This document shows positions 29,809-42,520 of a DNA stretch of 64,000 nucleotides, one piece after another. A program made the translations under genes and the position numbers. Source of the DNA: Camelus dromedarius (taxonomy: Eukaryota); the NCBI RefSeq assembly GCF_036321535.1, contig NC_087436.1, positions 121,336,001-121,400,000 on the forward strand, written 5' to 3'. Position 1 is the stretch's first letter, and each line of letters begins with the position of its first letter. Under the pieces are notes generated by a model, which worked only from the letters and a program-made list of their open reading frames with translations, was not told the DNA's origin and did no database searches.

Positions 29809-31367
29809 CTGCATCAGGGCAGTAAGGTTCACCAACGACTAGCACACAGGCTCTCCGTCAGGCACGAGAGACACGACAGACGGGGGCAGTGCAGACGCTT
29901 CCAAGACGACAGGTCAGGGCACACAAAGTATTTTAAAGAATACCTGATTCTACTTCTGTTATAAGCAAACGAGCAGCTCCATGTAACATATGATCAGGGA
30001 AGCAGATTTCTGGTATCATTCAAGTACTTTAATTTTAAAGAAATATTTTAATTGTTTATGCCTTCAGATTTATTTGAAATCAAAAATTTAATATGAGGAT
30101 ATTTTAATTGATAAAAATACAAAATCAAGCTGATGTGCTATCCAAGAAATCAGTGAAACAGCCAGTGCGCCCAAGGTTTGAAAAAGGTAAGTCATGTTCA
30201 AAAGCAGCTGAAATAAATCAAAGTCGCCAGATAAACGCCACAGGTCTGATCGTAAAAATGGCATCGCACGTGATAACGTTTCAATCTGTACTGTTCTTTG
30301 ACTTTTTTTTAGAAAGTCCTTTAAAGATTTTTTTTTTGGGAAAAAAAGGTTTTTTTGGGCCAATTATCATGTAGAATATTAATTGTAATTCAGTTACTAT
30401 TCAGAGCTGTGTGTGTCATTGTCGGCAACCACAACGGAACCCTCCGTCACAGCCGCCACAGCCAAGCTTTTCCTCAAAGCTGTTAAATGTCCAACTAGCA
30501 AATTTGAAAAATTCAATAAACTGGTTATTAAGTAAATTGATCATTCAGCAAACCAGATTTCACTGCATGGCTGTTTAAAATGGTCAGCAAACTGGTTTTG
30601 GGCCGATTCTCCTGTCTTCTCAAGGCAGCTTTTATTTCACGGTGATGGAGGAAGGGGACTTGGGGAGGCGTGGCTGTGTGGCCTGTGCCCCAAGCCCCTG
30701 CCATGCCTGGCCCATTCTCCACTGCCCCCAGCCTGCACCCTAATGCCCCCCCAGCCCTCGCTTCACTCCCGCTTGGTCCATCTCAAGGCAGCACACCACC
30801 ACCTAAGGGTTCATCGACCACTCCCCTGGAGGTCGGAGAAGGGACAAGCTAAGGCTGTGGCTAGGTGCTGCCACGAGGGGGGCCACCCCCAGAGGACCTG
30901 CCACAGGAGTGGGGACAGGGTACAGGCGCTCTGCGCAGCACGCCTGTGCGACACCTAGTGAGGGGGTGGGGGGACCCTGCTACCACAGGCAGAGGGGTAC
31001 TGAAGGGCAACTTCACGGCCAAGACCAGGCCATCACGAGTCAGTCAGACCACATGCTTTGGCACCAGCCCGACACCCTTCCTCACGAGCACAGGACAAGC
31101 AACTGGAACTCATCATGACCCACGGGAACCTATCTTCTTTAAGGGCCTGGGAAGCTGAATTAAACACAACTCCTCCTTTGGACTCTGATGTGGGAAGTGA
31201 CACGTGCTTTCGGGTCACAGCCCTGGACGAGGGTCTCTGTGCTGAGGCGGCGAGATGCATGGTGCATGGTGCACGGTGCACGGTGCACGCAGGTCACCGG
31301 ACAGCGGGAGGGGTCAGACCCACGTACCCAGCGAGAGAAAGCCAGCGCCCCCCGCCCCCCGCCATAC

Positions 31368-31490
31368 CGTGTGCATCATGAACGCGCTCAGGTCGCTGGG
31401 CGGGATCCGATTCACCAGCTCTGCCCCTTCCAGCAGTGCAGAGTCCGACCGTGTCCAGCACTGCGACCTAACCAGACGTATGTACCAGTC
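31368..31490 (-). CDS. HTT: HTT exon 47 ([20 protein letters not shown]...FMMHT)
   Basis: 123 nt, AG/GT boundaries, peptide match. Confidence 0.95.
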
Positions 31491-32459
31491 CTGGAGAAAG
31501 AGGAGGGGGGTGACAGACGCAACAGGGCAGGGCTTTCAAGGGCTGCAACGCTACTGGACATGCACTGTTCTTCACCGACTGACCCCCGCGCCCTGCGGCG
31601 GCCCCAGGACTATGACCACAGCTTCGGTCAAACTGGACTCCAGCCGTGCGGGCTGTTCTCCACACCACGGGCCTTTTCCACGGGAAGTGATGCCTGCCAC
31701 GGAGGCTGCATCTCGGGACTCACCATCACCTGTCTGGACAGCCTTTCTCCTCACACCTGCCCCTCAAAACAGTAAAGCACTCAGGGCAGCGGGCCCTCCT
31801 GTCTGTGCCCTCACTCTCCGTCCTCCGTGCTGAGCACCGTGCTGATCATCTTCCACCGGAGGTCTGCTCTGCCGCCCCGCCCCCGGGCCCAGAGCAGCAG
31901 AAGCACGGAGCAACCCAGCCTGAGGACAGGGGCCTGGACTGCGCTGAGCTCCGCCTGGGCTGCTGGGTTTTGAAATTCAAGTTCATATCCAAACCGAACT
32001 CTCTCCAGGCCCCAGGTGGTCCCCAGCTCGGAGGTGTGAGGGCTGAGGGGATGAGGTATCAGTCCCTTGGGGAGGTGGGGTCAACGTACAGGAGGTCACA
32101 GGCGTAAACAGGGAGACAGGCCAGGTGGGCCGTGCTAGCAGGCTGCGCAGGCGTGAGTGCAGGCCACGGCCACCCGTCTCCCCCATCTCCTGATTCTTTA
32201 TTAATTACCTTGACCCTCAGCCCCGCTAATGACCCAAGTCAGCGCTTCCCTTCTCACCCCGTGCCCCCAGCTAATGACCTGGGCTGAACCTCACAGACCC
32301 TGTCGCTGACTCTCTCCACGGCTGGCAAGAACCAGGCAGGCGGACACCCCTGGGGGCCACACGGAGCGCCTCCACCCCGTCCCCGGCCGCTGGACGACAG
32401 AGGTACTCGGTGCCTGGAGGGGGCCCTGTGTGTCACCTGCAGACCTGCTGGATACTTAC

Positions 32460-32598
32460 CTTGTCTGGAATCACTGTCTCCAGCACCAGGGGCCCATCCC
32501 CGTCCAGCGGGTGGGGTGTGGCCAGAGGAGCGGGGCCACGCGACCCTGGCGCGGTGGCGAGACGGAGCCTGTCCAGCAGGGAGTAGAGCCGCTGGTGC
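32460..32598 (-). CDS. HTT: HTT exon 46 ([10 protein letters not shown]...ETVIPDK)
   Basis: 139 nt, AG/GT boundaries, peptide match. Confidence 0.95.
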
Positions 32599-33791
32599 CT
32601 GGAAGCCAATCACACGCGGGGTCAGCACACTGCCCGCCGCACAGGAGGAAGTCACAGGGGCTTCTTATAGCAGGTGCGACACATGTGAGACTTTCTGTTC
32701 AGAGCTATTTCTCAAGGACACTCAAACAAGTCATGATCCAAATTCAGGCCCTAGTTTACATGTAATAAACACAGTTTTAAGTCCCACAAATGTTTTTCAG
32801 AAATTTCACTTACACTCAAACATTGCAACAGGAAACACCTGGTATAACAGCTGACAAAAGCACTTGTTACAAACACAAAACAGATCACCGAGCATCCAAG
32901 TGCACAAAGCCTATTTACTCTCCCAGCAATACACAGTTTACAGCAATTCACATCCACTTCATACAAGAGTCACCTCATCTGGCACAAGACATTGATAACC
33001 TTCCTCATCTGGGCTGGATACTAAGTCTAGGGTCAAAAACAACCAAGTCTGACCCCCCCCCCCACCTGCTATGGGAGCGACTGCGTCGTAACGCAAATCC
33101 CAGCATCACCCGCCGGGCAACGGACAAGCCACCTCTGAGCACGCGCTGCGCCGGGTGCAGCCCCTCCCCAGGCAGACACCACCAACAGCTCCTCGTGAGA
33201 CTGGAGTCACAGCACGGTCACTAGATTCTCTCTCATACCCTCCCCCCTCGTGGCGGAAATAAGGTCAAAGCCTCTCCCAATTTATTTTGTAGTCATGGAA
33301 ACATCCTCAGGTAACAGATGCCAAGATTTCTGATAAAGCCTCTAAAAGACTTTGCAAACAGAACTGGGTGATAAACAGCTATAAGGAGACAAAATTTTAA
33401 CAAGATGCAGAAACTACTCTCGCGCCTTTCAGCTTTCAAGTCTTCGTTAGCTGTCAGACTGTAGGCTTTGACTCTGCAAAGATGCAGCTGAGAACTCAGT
33501 CCCAGTCGTCACAGATGGTGAGCAGAGGCGACAGGACACCCGCCACCCCTGGAGGCCCACAGAAGCACGAGCGCGGCGGTGAGAATGCCGTAGAGGTGAC
33601 ACTGCCAGCTGCTCTTCCCTTTTATAAAGCAAGATCTGTTTCGTTTTTTCCCCCAATTGGAACGGCTCTCTGTTAAGGCCTCCCTGCAGCAAGCCCATCT
33701 ATAAGCACGCCGGCCTCTCGTCCTGAGTCTGCTCCCTCACAAACTGTAGTCGTTACAAGCAAAAGCAAGGAGCGCCTGGTCCCAGCATTAC

Positions 33792-33868
33792 CTCTGAGCT
33801 AGCCCGCTGCTCTGAAGGTACTCCTGCATTCTGTTTAGTTCTTCCACTGGCACCTGGGCTGTGCTGCT
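33792..33868 (-). CDS. HTT: HTT exon 45 ([26 protein letters not shown])
   Basis: 77 nt, AG/GT boundaries, peptide match. Confidence 0.95.
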
Positions 33869-34134
33869 CTGAAGGAGACAAGAACACGTCAGTGGGGTTG
33901 TAACATGCAACAAATCAAGTAAGCTTGTGCTCATTTAAAAAAGAAAATGGGACGTGTACAGTTTATCATAGCAAAGGCAGGCCAGAAGGAAGGCAAGCAG
34001 CACTCGTATCAGACACACAGGAAGGACCAGCTTATACGTTCCCTTCAGTGGCCACTTAGAGCAAGAACCGGTCAGTGGTTTGCTCGCCCAGCTAAGTCTG
34101 CAATAAAAACCAACATCATTGTTTCTTTCAGTAC

Positions 34135-34311
34135 CTGTAAATTTGCAGCCAAAAGCATCTCTACCCGGCGACAAGCAAGGGTGTCGACCATGCGAGCCAG
34201 CACACGGAGCGGGGTGCACAGGAGCTTGTCCACGTACAGTGTCAGCACGGCGCCCGACTGGCTCAGGTGGATCCCCTCCAGGCACTGGAGGGTCTTCTTC
34301 AGAGCAGTGGG
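34135..34311 (-). CDS. HTT: HTT exon 44 ([13 protein letters not shown]...LAANLQ)
   Basis: 177 nt, AG/GT boundaries, peptide match. Confidence 0.96.
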
Positions 34312-34437
34312 CTGGGGTTGGGGGGAAGGAAAGGAAAGGCGGAGTATTTTGCCACCTGGAAGGGAGTGGTTAAAAACGCTAACACCCCACTTGTAAGGCA
34401 GAGAAAACGCACAACAGCGGGCACCAGGAAGACTTAC

Positions 34438-34617
34438 AGTTGAAAGATTTTCACAGCGAGACTGAATGGCCTGGATGAAAAGGCCGCTGGCCGCGGAATT
34501 CCGGTGGACAGCACTGATGAAGTCCTGCACGGGGGGCTCGTGGGACAGGGTGATCAGGTCCTGAACGTGGTTCACGATGAGCCACGTCAGGTGTTCTGAG
34601 TCATGCAGGTTCTGGCA
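34438..34617 (-). CDS. HTT: HTT exon 43 ([12 protein letters not shown]...CENLST)
   Basis: 180 nt, AG/GT boundaries, peptide match. Confidence 0.96.
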
Positions 34618-36049
34618 CTGCGGACAAAGGCAACAGGGAGACCATTTTCAAGTGACAAGGAGGGAACAGAGGCTAATGCCGCAGGAAAGGCCAGAGGGCA
34701 GGAAGCGAAAAACAACCCCGCACTAATCCTCCCTGAAAATCCCCAGTGTCGGAGCAGCGACAACCGGTGGGGCGGGAGCACACTCTACAGGGCCCGTCGC
34801 CCGCAACGAGCACTGCGGCCCGGCAGTGCCGCTCCAAGGGACACTGGCCAGCGGGCAGAGGCGGAGAGGAGTGTGACCCAGGGCCACCCAAGGGCGGCAG
34901 GGTGACTGGCCCAAGCCACGCCACGAGCAGGCCCCGCTCCCTCCAGGATCGCTCTGGCCTCAGCGTGGCCTGCTGACGGGTCTTCCCCATTACTCTCTCT
35001 CCAATCGAGCGACAGGTCAGTAGAAAAATAGAATTCCCTGTAACTGTCACGGTTCTGACAGAATTCCTGAATCCAAAACACAAATAGATCTTAAGGGAAG
35101 AAATTTCACGGAAGATGTATAAAGAGATACAAAGTATCCATCTTAAATCCACATGTTGCCTTTCCTTGTGATTAATGAACTTCCAGGCAGCAAATTGTAA
35201 AACAAAAAGAACTCTTCAACATCGGGTTAATGATCTATAGTTTCCACATGGGATAATTTGATAGCATTAACCTATAAAATTAATATATTTCTTACTTTTT
35301 TGTGAAAACAGAAAATAATTACACCAAATTACTCCTCAAAAATGGAACAAGATAGAAAGACTATTTCAACATCAAGAATTTAAGCAAAACACGAGGATTA
35401 GGCAGGTGCTAGTCTGCAAGGAAGCAGTGCGGGCAGAGGAGCCTCTTCTCTCGGGACCCAGGAGGCCCCACAGCGCGCTGGCTTGCGACACGGGCACGTG
35501 TCACCGTGCCCACCCTGAGGAACATGCCCCTCGCAGCAGCGCGGACGAGGAGCGAAGCCCTGGGAGAGTCCAACAGCAGGTCCTCTCTGAGTAATACGCT
35601 GACAGATTTCATTTTCTTCTACTTACTTACTTACTTAGTTTTTGTAAATTCTCTCTGTTCAACAAGTGATGCTAGTTTTATGGTCAAAATCTCCTGTAGA
35701 GTTATTTTCTTTAACAAAAGAATGACATTCAAACAGGAATCTGTTTTAAAATGCAGCAATGAAATCTAACACCCTTTCCGCAGATTAAAATCATTTTTTA
35801 ATGAGACCTGCACAGCAAACACGGAGCCTCCCTCCTGGGGACAGCCGCGCCCAGCACCGTGAGCGGGACAGCGCCGAACCTTTTACAGACAGACTTAAAA
35901 ACCCCAGGCTGCTTGCTGGTCGTACATCACAGAAGGATTCAACCTTGACTTTGGTCTCGTCCTGACGGGGGGAAGGCATCTGCAGAAGTCTGCCTGCACA
36001 GGGCGGCCTCCAGCCCCAACCCCGCCACGACCCGCGTTTCCACACTCAC

Positions 36050-36191
36050 AACATAGTCGCAGAAGAGGATGAGGGCTCCCCGCCGCACAATTTCTCTGTT
36101 GCACACGCCCAGGCTGGAAGCCAAGGTGGAATCCTCCTCCTCTCCAGACACCGGGGGGCTGAGAGACTTCGTGCCGGACAGACTGCGTCTC
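36050..36191 (-). CDS. HTT: HTT exon 42 ([12 protein letters not shown]...LFCDYV)
   Basis: 142 nt, AG/GT boundaries, peptide match. Confidence 0.96.
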
Positions 36192-37024
36192 CTAGAAGGA
36201 ACAACAGACGCTCGGACAGTGTTTCTGAGAAAGAAAGCAGCCGGCTTACTTTCGAAACCCTGAAGACGGTTACTATCCAGTCCCGGTTCTCAAGCAGACA
36301 GTTCCTTTAAACACCGCCACAGCAGCGTGCCGTGTGTCAGACGTACGTACTCGCAGCTACCTGTTCCTGAGCCATGACAAAGCACATACAGAAAACTAAA
36401 GAAAACAGAGGGTTCAACAGGCAGAAAGTGACAAGGCTGGTCTGGAAGGCAGCTCTGCCGTCAAGCTGAGCGAGGCACCGGCGCTCTCCTCTGGGACCTG
36501 TTGCTGCCTGGGTCTGAGGGCGCGGCCGCTGCTCCCGGGCTCCCGGGTCCAGCCGGGCGAAGCCGCCGAGCGCCAGCAGGAAACCATCACGCTTTGCTCC
36601 TCCATTAGCAACAAAGAGTTCAACCCCAAACATGCCACAGGGTATACACCATCATGGACACCCTGTTTAAAAGCATCTGCAAAATTAATTCCCCACTAGT
36701 GGCGGTCCCTGCACTCCACGTTTACTTCTCACTTTGTTTTCTTTCTAAGGAGACGGGAATTGGACTCTCAGTTCTAGCCATACCCTTAAAACACCAGTCG
36801 CCACACTTGGAAACAGGCCATGTGACTCCAAGGTCAGCAGGACCACACTCCCCTCCGCACAGGGCACCTGCACACCTCCGCTGGGCTCAGCGGACATGGC
36901 GAGGACATCGGGGCAAGAATCCTCGGGGATGTGTCAGTTTTTAAACTGCAACGCCTCAGGTTTTAGAAAAGAATTGGTACAAAAATTCTACAGACAAAAA
37001 AATTTTAAATGACCATTTCTCTGT

Positions 37025-37390
37025 TTTCCAGCTGGTGAGTGGATAAGCAAACTGTGGCACATCTGTACCAGGAGACCCTGCAGCAACCACAAGGGACCAC
37101 CTCCCACATGCGCGACACGGACGGTGGGCTCAGCGAAAGAACCAGCCTCCGCAGGCTGTCACCGCACGACTCCGTTCACTCCGCGCCTGCAGTCGGCCGG
37201 ACATCAGGACGGGGCTTGGGTCAGAGGTCACCCGGGGTGGCCAGGGCGGGGGTGCCGCACAGAGACACAGGGAATTTTCTGAAGTGACAGTACTGTTCTA
37301 AATCTCAGCTGTGGTGGTGGGAATGTGACTCTGTTTGGTACAAAAAAGGGCATTATACTGCACTGTAAATTATACGTCAGTTACAAACTA
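37025..37390 (+). mobile_element. Old L1 (L1MC/MD-like) 3'-end relic
   Basis: ggtgagtggataagcaaactgtggcacat ... gggaattttctgaagtgacagtactgttct ... tgtaaattatac. Confidence 0.55.
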
Positions 37391-37964
37391 ACAAACAGAA
37401 AACCCTCCCTTTCTCAGTCAGCCCTCCTGCTGGCCCCCGTGCGACTTACGTTCAGGCTGTGATTTTGTGTCTTGAACAGCATAGCTATAAGGGAAAAGAG
37501 CCTGTGAAGGAGAAGGGGAGAATCTGCGACTCATACACCAGCAGTGGACACCAAGAAGCTCTGTGTCAACCCGAACTCTCAGTCTGGAGCAGGGCAAGCC
37601 CCCATGATGGCAGGACAGACCGACAGCACACGGACCTCCCACGTCCAAGACGGCCGCACATCAGGGACCAACAGTCCACAAAAGTAGGCCAGACGGAAAG
37701 CAAATCACGAGCTGTCAGGACGGGGTCCCAAAAGTAAGACGTAGACAAGAGCAGACCCCACTGCGGTGGCCGCGGGCTCTTCCAGGGGCGGCGCTGCCCA
37801 GAGTGCGGCCTGGGAACCCGCGCTCAGCTGAGAGCCAGCGGTGCTGGGCTGGGCACAGAACCTCTGCAACAGTTTGCTAGAGCAGTTCTGTGTCTGCTGA
37901 GTCTACAAGCAGAAAACAATGGTTTGTACTTTGTATTCCAAACTTCTAGTAATTCATTTTGGAA

Positions 37965-39610
37965 ATGGAGACACTCATCACCAAAACCAGACAAAGACAC
38001 CACAAAAAAAGAAAATTGTAGTGCAACATCCTTGATGAAGACTGATGCAAGAACCCTCCACGAGACACTAGCAAACCAAAGTCAACAGCACACAGAAGCG
38101 CTCACACCCCACGACAAGCAGGATTTATTCCAGGGATGCAAGGATGGTCCAACACCTGCAAATCAATCAGTGTGCTACGTCACGCTAACAGAATGAGGAG
38201 TTAAAGACATACGATCATCTCAATAGGTGCAGAAGAAGCTTCCGATAAAGTTCAACACCCATTTATGATAAAAACTCTCTGTACACAGAGAACACACCTC
38301 AGCATAAGAAAGGCCACACATGACAAGCCCAAAGCTACGTCATACTCAACAGTGAAGAGCTGAAAGCTTTTTCTCTAAGATCAGAAACAGAACAAGGATG
38401 CCCACTCTCACCACTTTTATTCAACATAGTACTAGAAGTCCTAGCCACAGCAATTAGGCAAAAAAAAAAAAAAGTAAAAGAAAAAGAAAAAGAAATAAAA
38501 GGTATTCATCAAATCAGAAAGAAGTGTAACTTTCACTAATTGCAGATGGCATGACACTTGGTATACACAGAAAACCCTCAAGAGGCCACCAAAAAACTGT
38601 TAGTTCTAATAAATGAATTCAGCAAGGACACACAGGACACACAGAAACCTGTGGCATTTCTATACGCTAATAACAAACCATCAGAAAGAGAAATAAAGAA
38701 AACAATCCCAGTCAAAAAGAATAAAATACTTAGGAGTAATTTAACCAAGGAGGTCAAATACTGATACGGTGAGAACTCTTAAGACATTGACGACAGAAAG
38801 TGAAGACGACATACATGGAAGGAGAGACACCCCACGCTCGTGGGCCAGAAGAATCAACACTGTTAAAATGCCCACACTACCCAAGGCAATCCACAAATTC
38901 AGTGCCATCCCTATCCAAAAGCCAGTGGCATTTTTCACAGAACTTGAACAAAAACTTCTAAAATTCACATGCAACCACAAAAGATCCCAAATTAACCAAA
39001 GCAATCTTGAGAAAGACGACTGGAGGTGTCACACGCCCGGACTTCAAACTACACTACAAAGCTACAGCAATCAAAACTGCATGGTGTTTTACAAAGAATA
39101 AAACGATGCCATTTGCAGCAACACAGATGGACCTGGAGATCGTCATTCTAAGTGAAGTCAGCCAGAGAGAGAGATACCACATGATACCAGTTGTATGTGG
39201 AATCTAAGGGGAAAAAGGGACAAATGCACTTATTTACAAAACAGAAACAGACCCACAGACAAAGAAAACAAACTCATGGTTACCAGGGGGGAAAGGGGTG
39301 GGAAGGGATATTGGAAGTTCGAGATCTGCAGACACTGACTACTGCATGTAAATAAAATAGATAACACCAAGGTCCTACTGCACAGCACAGGGAGCTGTGC
39401 CCAGTATCTTGTAATGCCCTTCAATGAAAAAGAATGTGAAACGAATATATGTGTGTATATGTATGACTGAAACATCACGCTGTACACCAGAAACTGACAC
39501 AACACTGCTTCAATAAAAAAATTTAAAAAACAGACACAAAAAATTTGTGTGGTGTTGACAACCAAAACAGACACATGTATCATCGCTGGAGCAGAACACA
39601 GAGCCTAGGA
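37965..39610 (+). mobile_element. Decayed L1 ORF2 fragment (RT region), antisense to HTT, in intron 41
   Basis: Broken ORFs with L1 ORF2 peptides: [69 protein letters not shown]. Confidence 0.92.
39089..39540 (+). mobile_element. Younger 5'-truncated camelid-type L1 3' end nested in the older L1
   Basis: [20 protein letters not shown], then the L1 3' UTR, AATAAA and an A-rich tail; flanked by a degenerate 16-bp duplication. Confidence 0.85.
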
Positions 39611-39639
39611 ACACTCACACGACAGTGTGCGCTCTAACA

Positions 39640-39840
39640 GGTGGACACAATCAACCCGGGGGCTCCCGCACGCATGCCTGCGTGTTCACCTGTGACACTG
39701 GGCAAGCTGCTTCTCCGGGAAAAGAGGCTTCCTCGTCTGTAACACACGCGCAGGGCTGCAGGCCTTAGCGAGTTACTGAGATGCAAAGCCCTCAGGACAT
39801 CTGGCACTTAGTGCCAGGGAAGTGCCAGCGTGCTACATGT
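39640..39840 (+). mobile_element. MIR relic
   Basis: tgtgacactgggcaagctgctt ... ttcctcgtctgtaa ... ctggcacttagt. Confidence 0.55.
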
Positions 39841-39889
39841 GACAGCACATGATATATGTTCACTGATACGTCACTGCTGTTCCTACTGC

Positions 39890-40135
39890 CAGGGCAATTA
39901 AGTCCCTAACTCATGTGAGTGCTAGGAATACAGTGAGAGCCCTGCTGGGCTTGTGGTGTAGAGGGAAAGCCAGATATTAATCAGATTATCACACACAAAC
40001 AGATGTCAAATTACAGCCTCAACACATGCCATGGAGGAGAGGCCAAGGCAGGCGTGAGAGCAGGCAATGAGACTTCACCAACCAGAGAGCAATCAGGAAG
40101 GCTTCCCAGAGGAAGTGATGATTGAGCTAAGAACC
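39890..40135 (-). mobile_element. L2 relic
   Basis: caggaaggcttcccagaggaagtgatgattgagctaaga is typical reverse-strand L2. Confidence 0.6.
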
Positions 40136-40404
40136 CACAAGCTCAAGAAACCCTAAGTTCAACTCTAAAAAGCTAGCCGAAAGTAAATCAACAGAATAAA
40201 GCCCACGACTGCACCTCAGAACCCATCTGCTCTCGCCAACTCTGGGGTAACCACCTTCTGTAAGGGCTCAGCCAGGCCACCTGTTCTCTCACCTAAAACT
40301 GTCACGTCCCCATTCCCAGGTCCTATTTTCCTCTAGAGCAAAACTCGTCTAAAGAATTGTCTAGAGCTGCTCTCTAAATCTCCCTCGTCCATGGTCTTTT
40401 TTCC

Positions 40405-40800
40405 TTAACTTTTATTTTGAAAACTTTCAAACCAAAAGAAAAGCTGAAAGAATAATTCAAGGAACAGCCACACAGTCTTCACCTAGATTCAACTACTAGC
40501 ACGCTGCCACCCTTGTGCTCAGGCTCGCACTCCCCCGCCGCACACACGCTGCACTACACAGTCTACACGTGTGCACACTCACACTACACACACATAATTT
40601 GGGGGGCTGCACCTCGTGAGAGTAAACCTCAACACGTGCCCCCCTAAGAACTACTCATAATCAAGGGCAGCAGGCCGTGTAGACTCACATTCAGCACACC
40701 CGGTTGTCTTAACAGTGACCGTCTAGTTGATTCGTCCCCTGGATCCAGATGTAATCACGGATCATAAAACCACACGTGTCTGCCATGCAGACTTGCTTCT
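40405..40800 (-). mobile_element. Old L1 (L1MC4/ME-like) 3'-end relic
   Basis: ttttattttgaaaactttcaaac...aaaagctgaaagaata...cttcacctagattca. Confidence 0.6.
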
Positions 40801-42315
40801 TTTCATCTAAGCAAACCGCTCTCCACCTTCCACGGCACTGGCTGAGCCTGCTGGAGAGCCCAGCTGCGTCTCTGCGGAAGGCCCTCCCTCCCCCAGGCCA
40901 GGGTCAGCCCTCCCACTCCCTCTTGACCTCACTCCAGGTCGGCCTCCGCCCTCACCACCCACCAGGTATCAAAAGGCAGAGGAGAAGGAGTCGAGAAGCA
41001 CTGAGTGTGCACGGGGGTGGTGGGCACCGCCTCAGCGTCTACCTACCCGCACCCGCCAGCGCGGACAGCTGACCGAAGCCCCGCCTCGCCACGGTTCACC
41101 CGGTGCGACTCGGCCCCAGCCGCCCGTGGGGGTCCCCCAGGGAGCCTGGAAAAACACAGGAGCCCAGGACCCCAGTTCCTAAAGTGTCCAGGCACCAGGT
41201 CTGACAGTGGGCTGGGGCACAGGCTTGGTCCTTGGGACGATCCTCAGCACTCAGAGCAGGCTCCACGGACCTGGGGGTCAGCACCACCCGGGAGCCTGGC
41301 AGAAACGCAGAGTCCCAGGCCCCCAGCCATTTGTTGACTCAGAATCTGATGTCACGAGCTTCCGGCTGGTCTACACGCACAGTGAAAACATGGAAGTGGA
41401 AGACACTGGTTCTGCTTCTGACTCACGCAGGGCGGCGTCATGACAACAGGATTTCAAATGTTCTCACTGGTCTGTCCTCCCGACTAAACGGCAGACAGAC
41501 ACTTGGAGGGCAGGAAACGGCTCTTACTTTCCTGGCCACCCCACACAGTACCCCGCGGAGCACACCGCACAGGGCAGCTGTGTAGTAACGCCTGCTCACG
41601 GCGGCTTTTCCACCCGAAGCGGTGGACTGGCCACAACGGGGCCCCGCAGCCTCACTTGCGCAGCTGAGGCTCCGCACGGAGCAGGGAGGGGCTGGCCCCG
41701 GCCCCGCGGTCTGCGCCCTCTGCTATCTCCAGACCTTCCTCTCCTCGCCGTGGGCTCGAGCCTTCCGGAAGCCCTGCACCGAGGACTCGGCCTGCGGGGG
41801 CGGGGCACCGAAGCCTTCACCTCCACACATGTACACGCTTCTGAGAGAGAGTGCCTAGAAATCGACTTCAGGCTGAAAGCATTTTGCCAAAAGAGGGCCA
41901 CCCACAATCAGATAGTGAATAAGTCTTTGAATGCCAAAAAGGAAGGCATTTCCAAGTAGTTCTGAAATGCTGCTAAATAATCACTTCATTGAGAATAACC
42001 AGAACCACATGGAACCTCTAAAGAAGTTAAGATATTGCAACATGTCTTGCTCTGGAGCCAGTTTAAGGATGAGAACCCAGCAGGAGGGACCCAACGCGTC
42101 AAGCACGGCCCTAACGTGAAATAGCACTGGGGACTTGTCAAAGGAACCGCACGTGAAAAGCAGTGGCGGCTTTGCCTGCCTGCAGTGGGACCACGTTTCC
42201 CCACAAAGGCGTCCACTGGAGAAAGATTAAACGTAGCAGAATTGTTACAAAGCCTCACGAAAACGGGGCCAAACCTCAAGCTGCTCAGTCTCAGCACAGG
42301 AGCCGGGGCACGTAC

Positions 42316-42520
42316 TTGGGGGTCTGCTGCACCTCCGCCCACCAGCGGTAGTCGGTGTGGCTGACCAGCAGCAGGATCTGGCACCAGAGCAGCACGAGGG
42401 CCGGGTGGGTGGGGACCATGGAGCGCACCCAGGCATTCAAGCACTCCAGGCCGTAGAAACTGCCGTCGGCGCCCTCGGTGAAGAGTCTAGAGGCAGCTGC
42501 CGTGATTCTCCGGAACATCC
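42316..42520 (-). CDS. HTT: HTT exon 41 ([13 protein letters not shown]...EVQQTPK)
   Basis: 205 nt, AG/GT boundaries; appears one codon shorter than recalled human exon. Confidence 0.95.
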
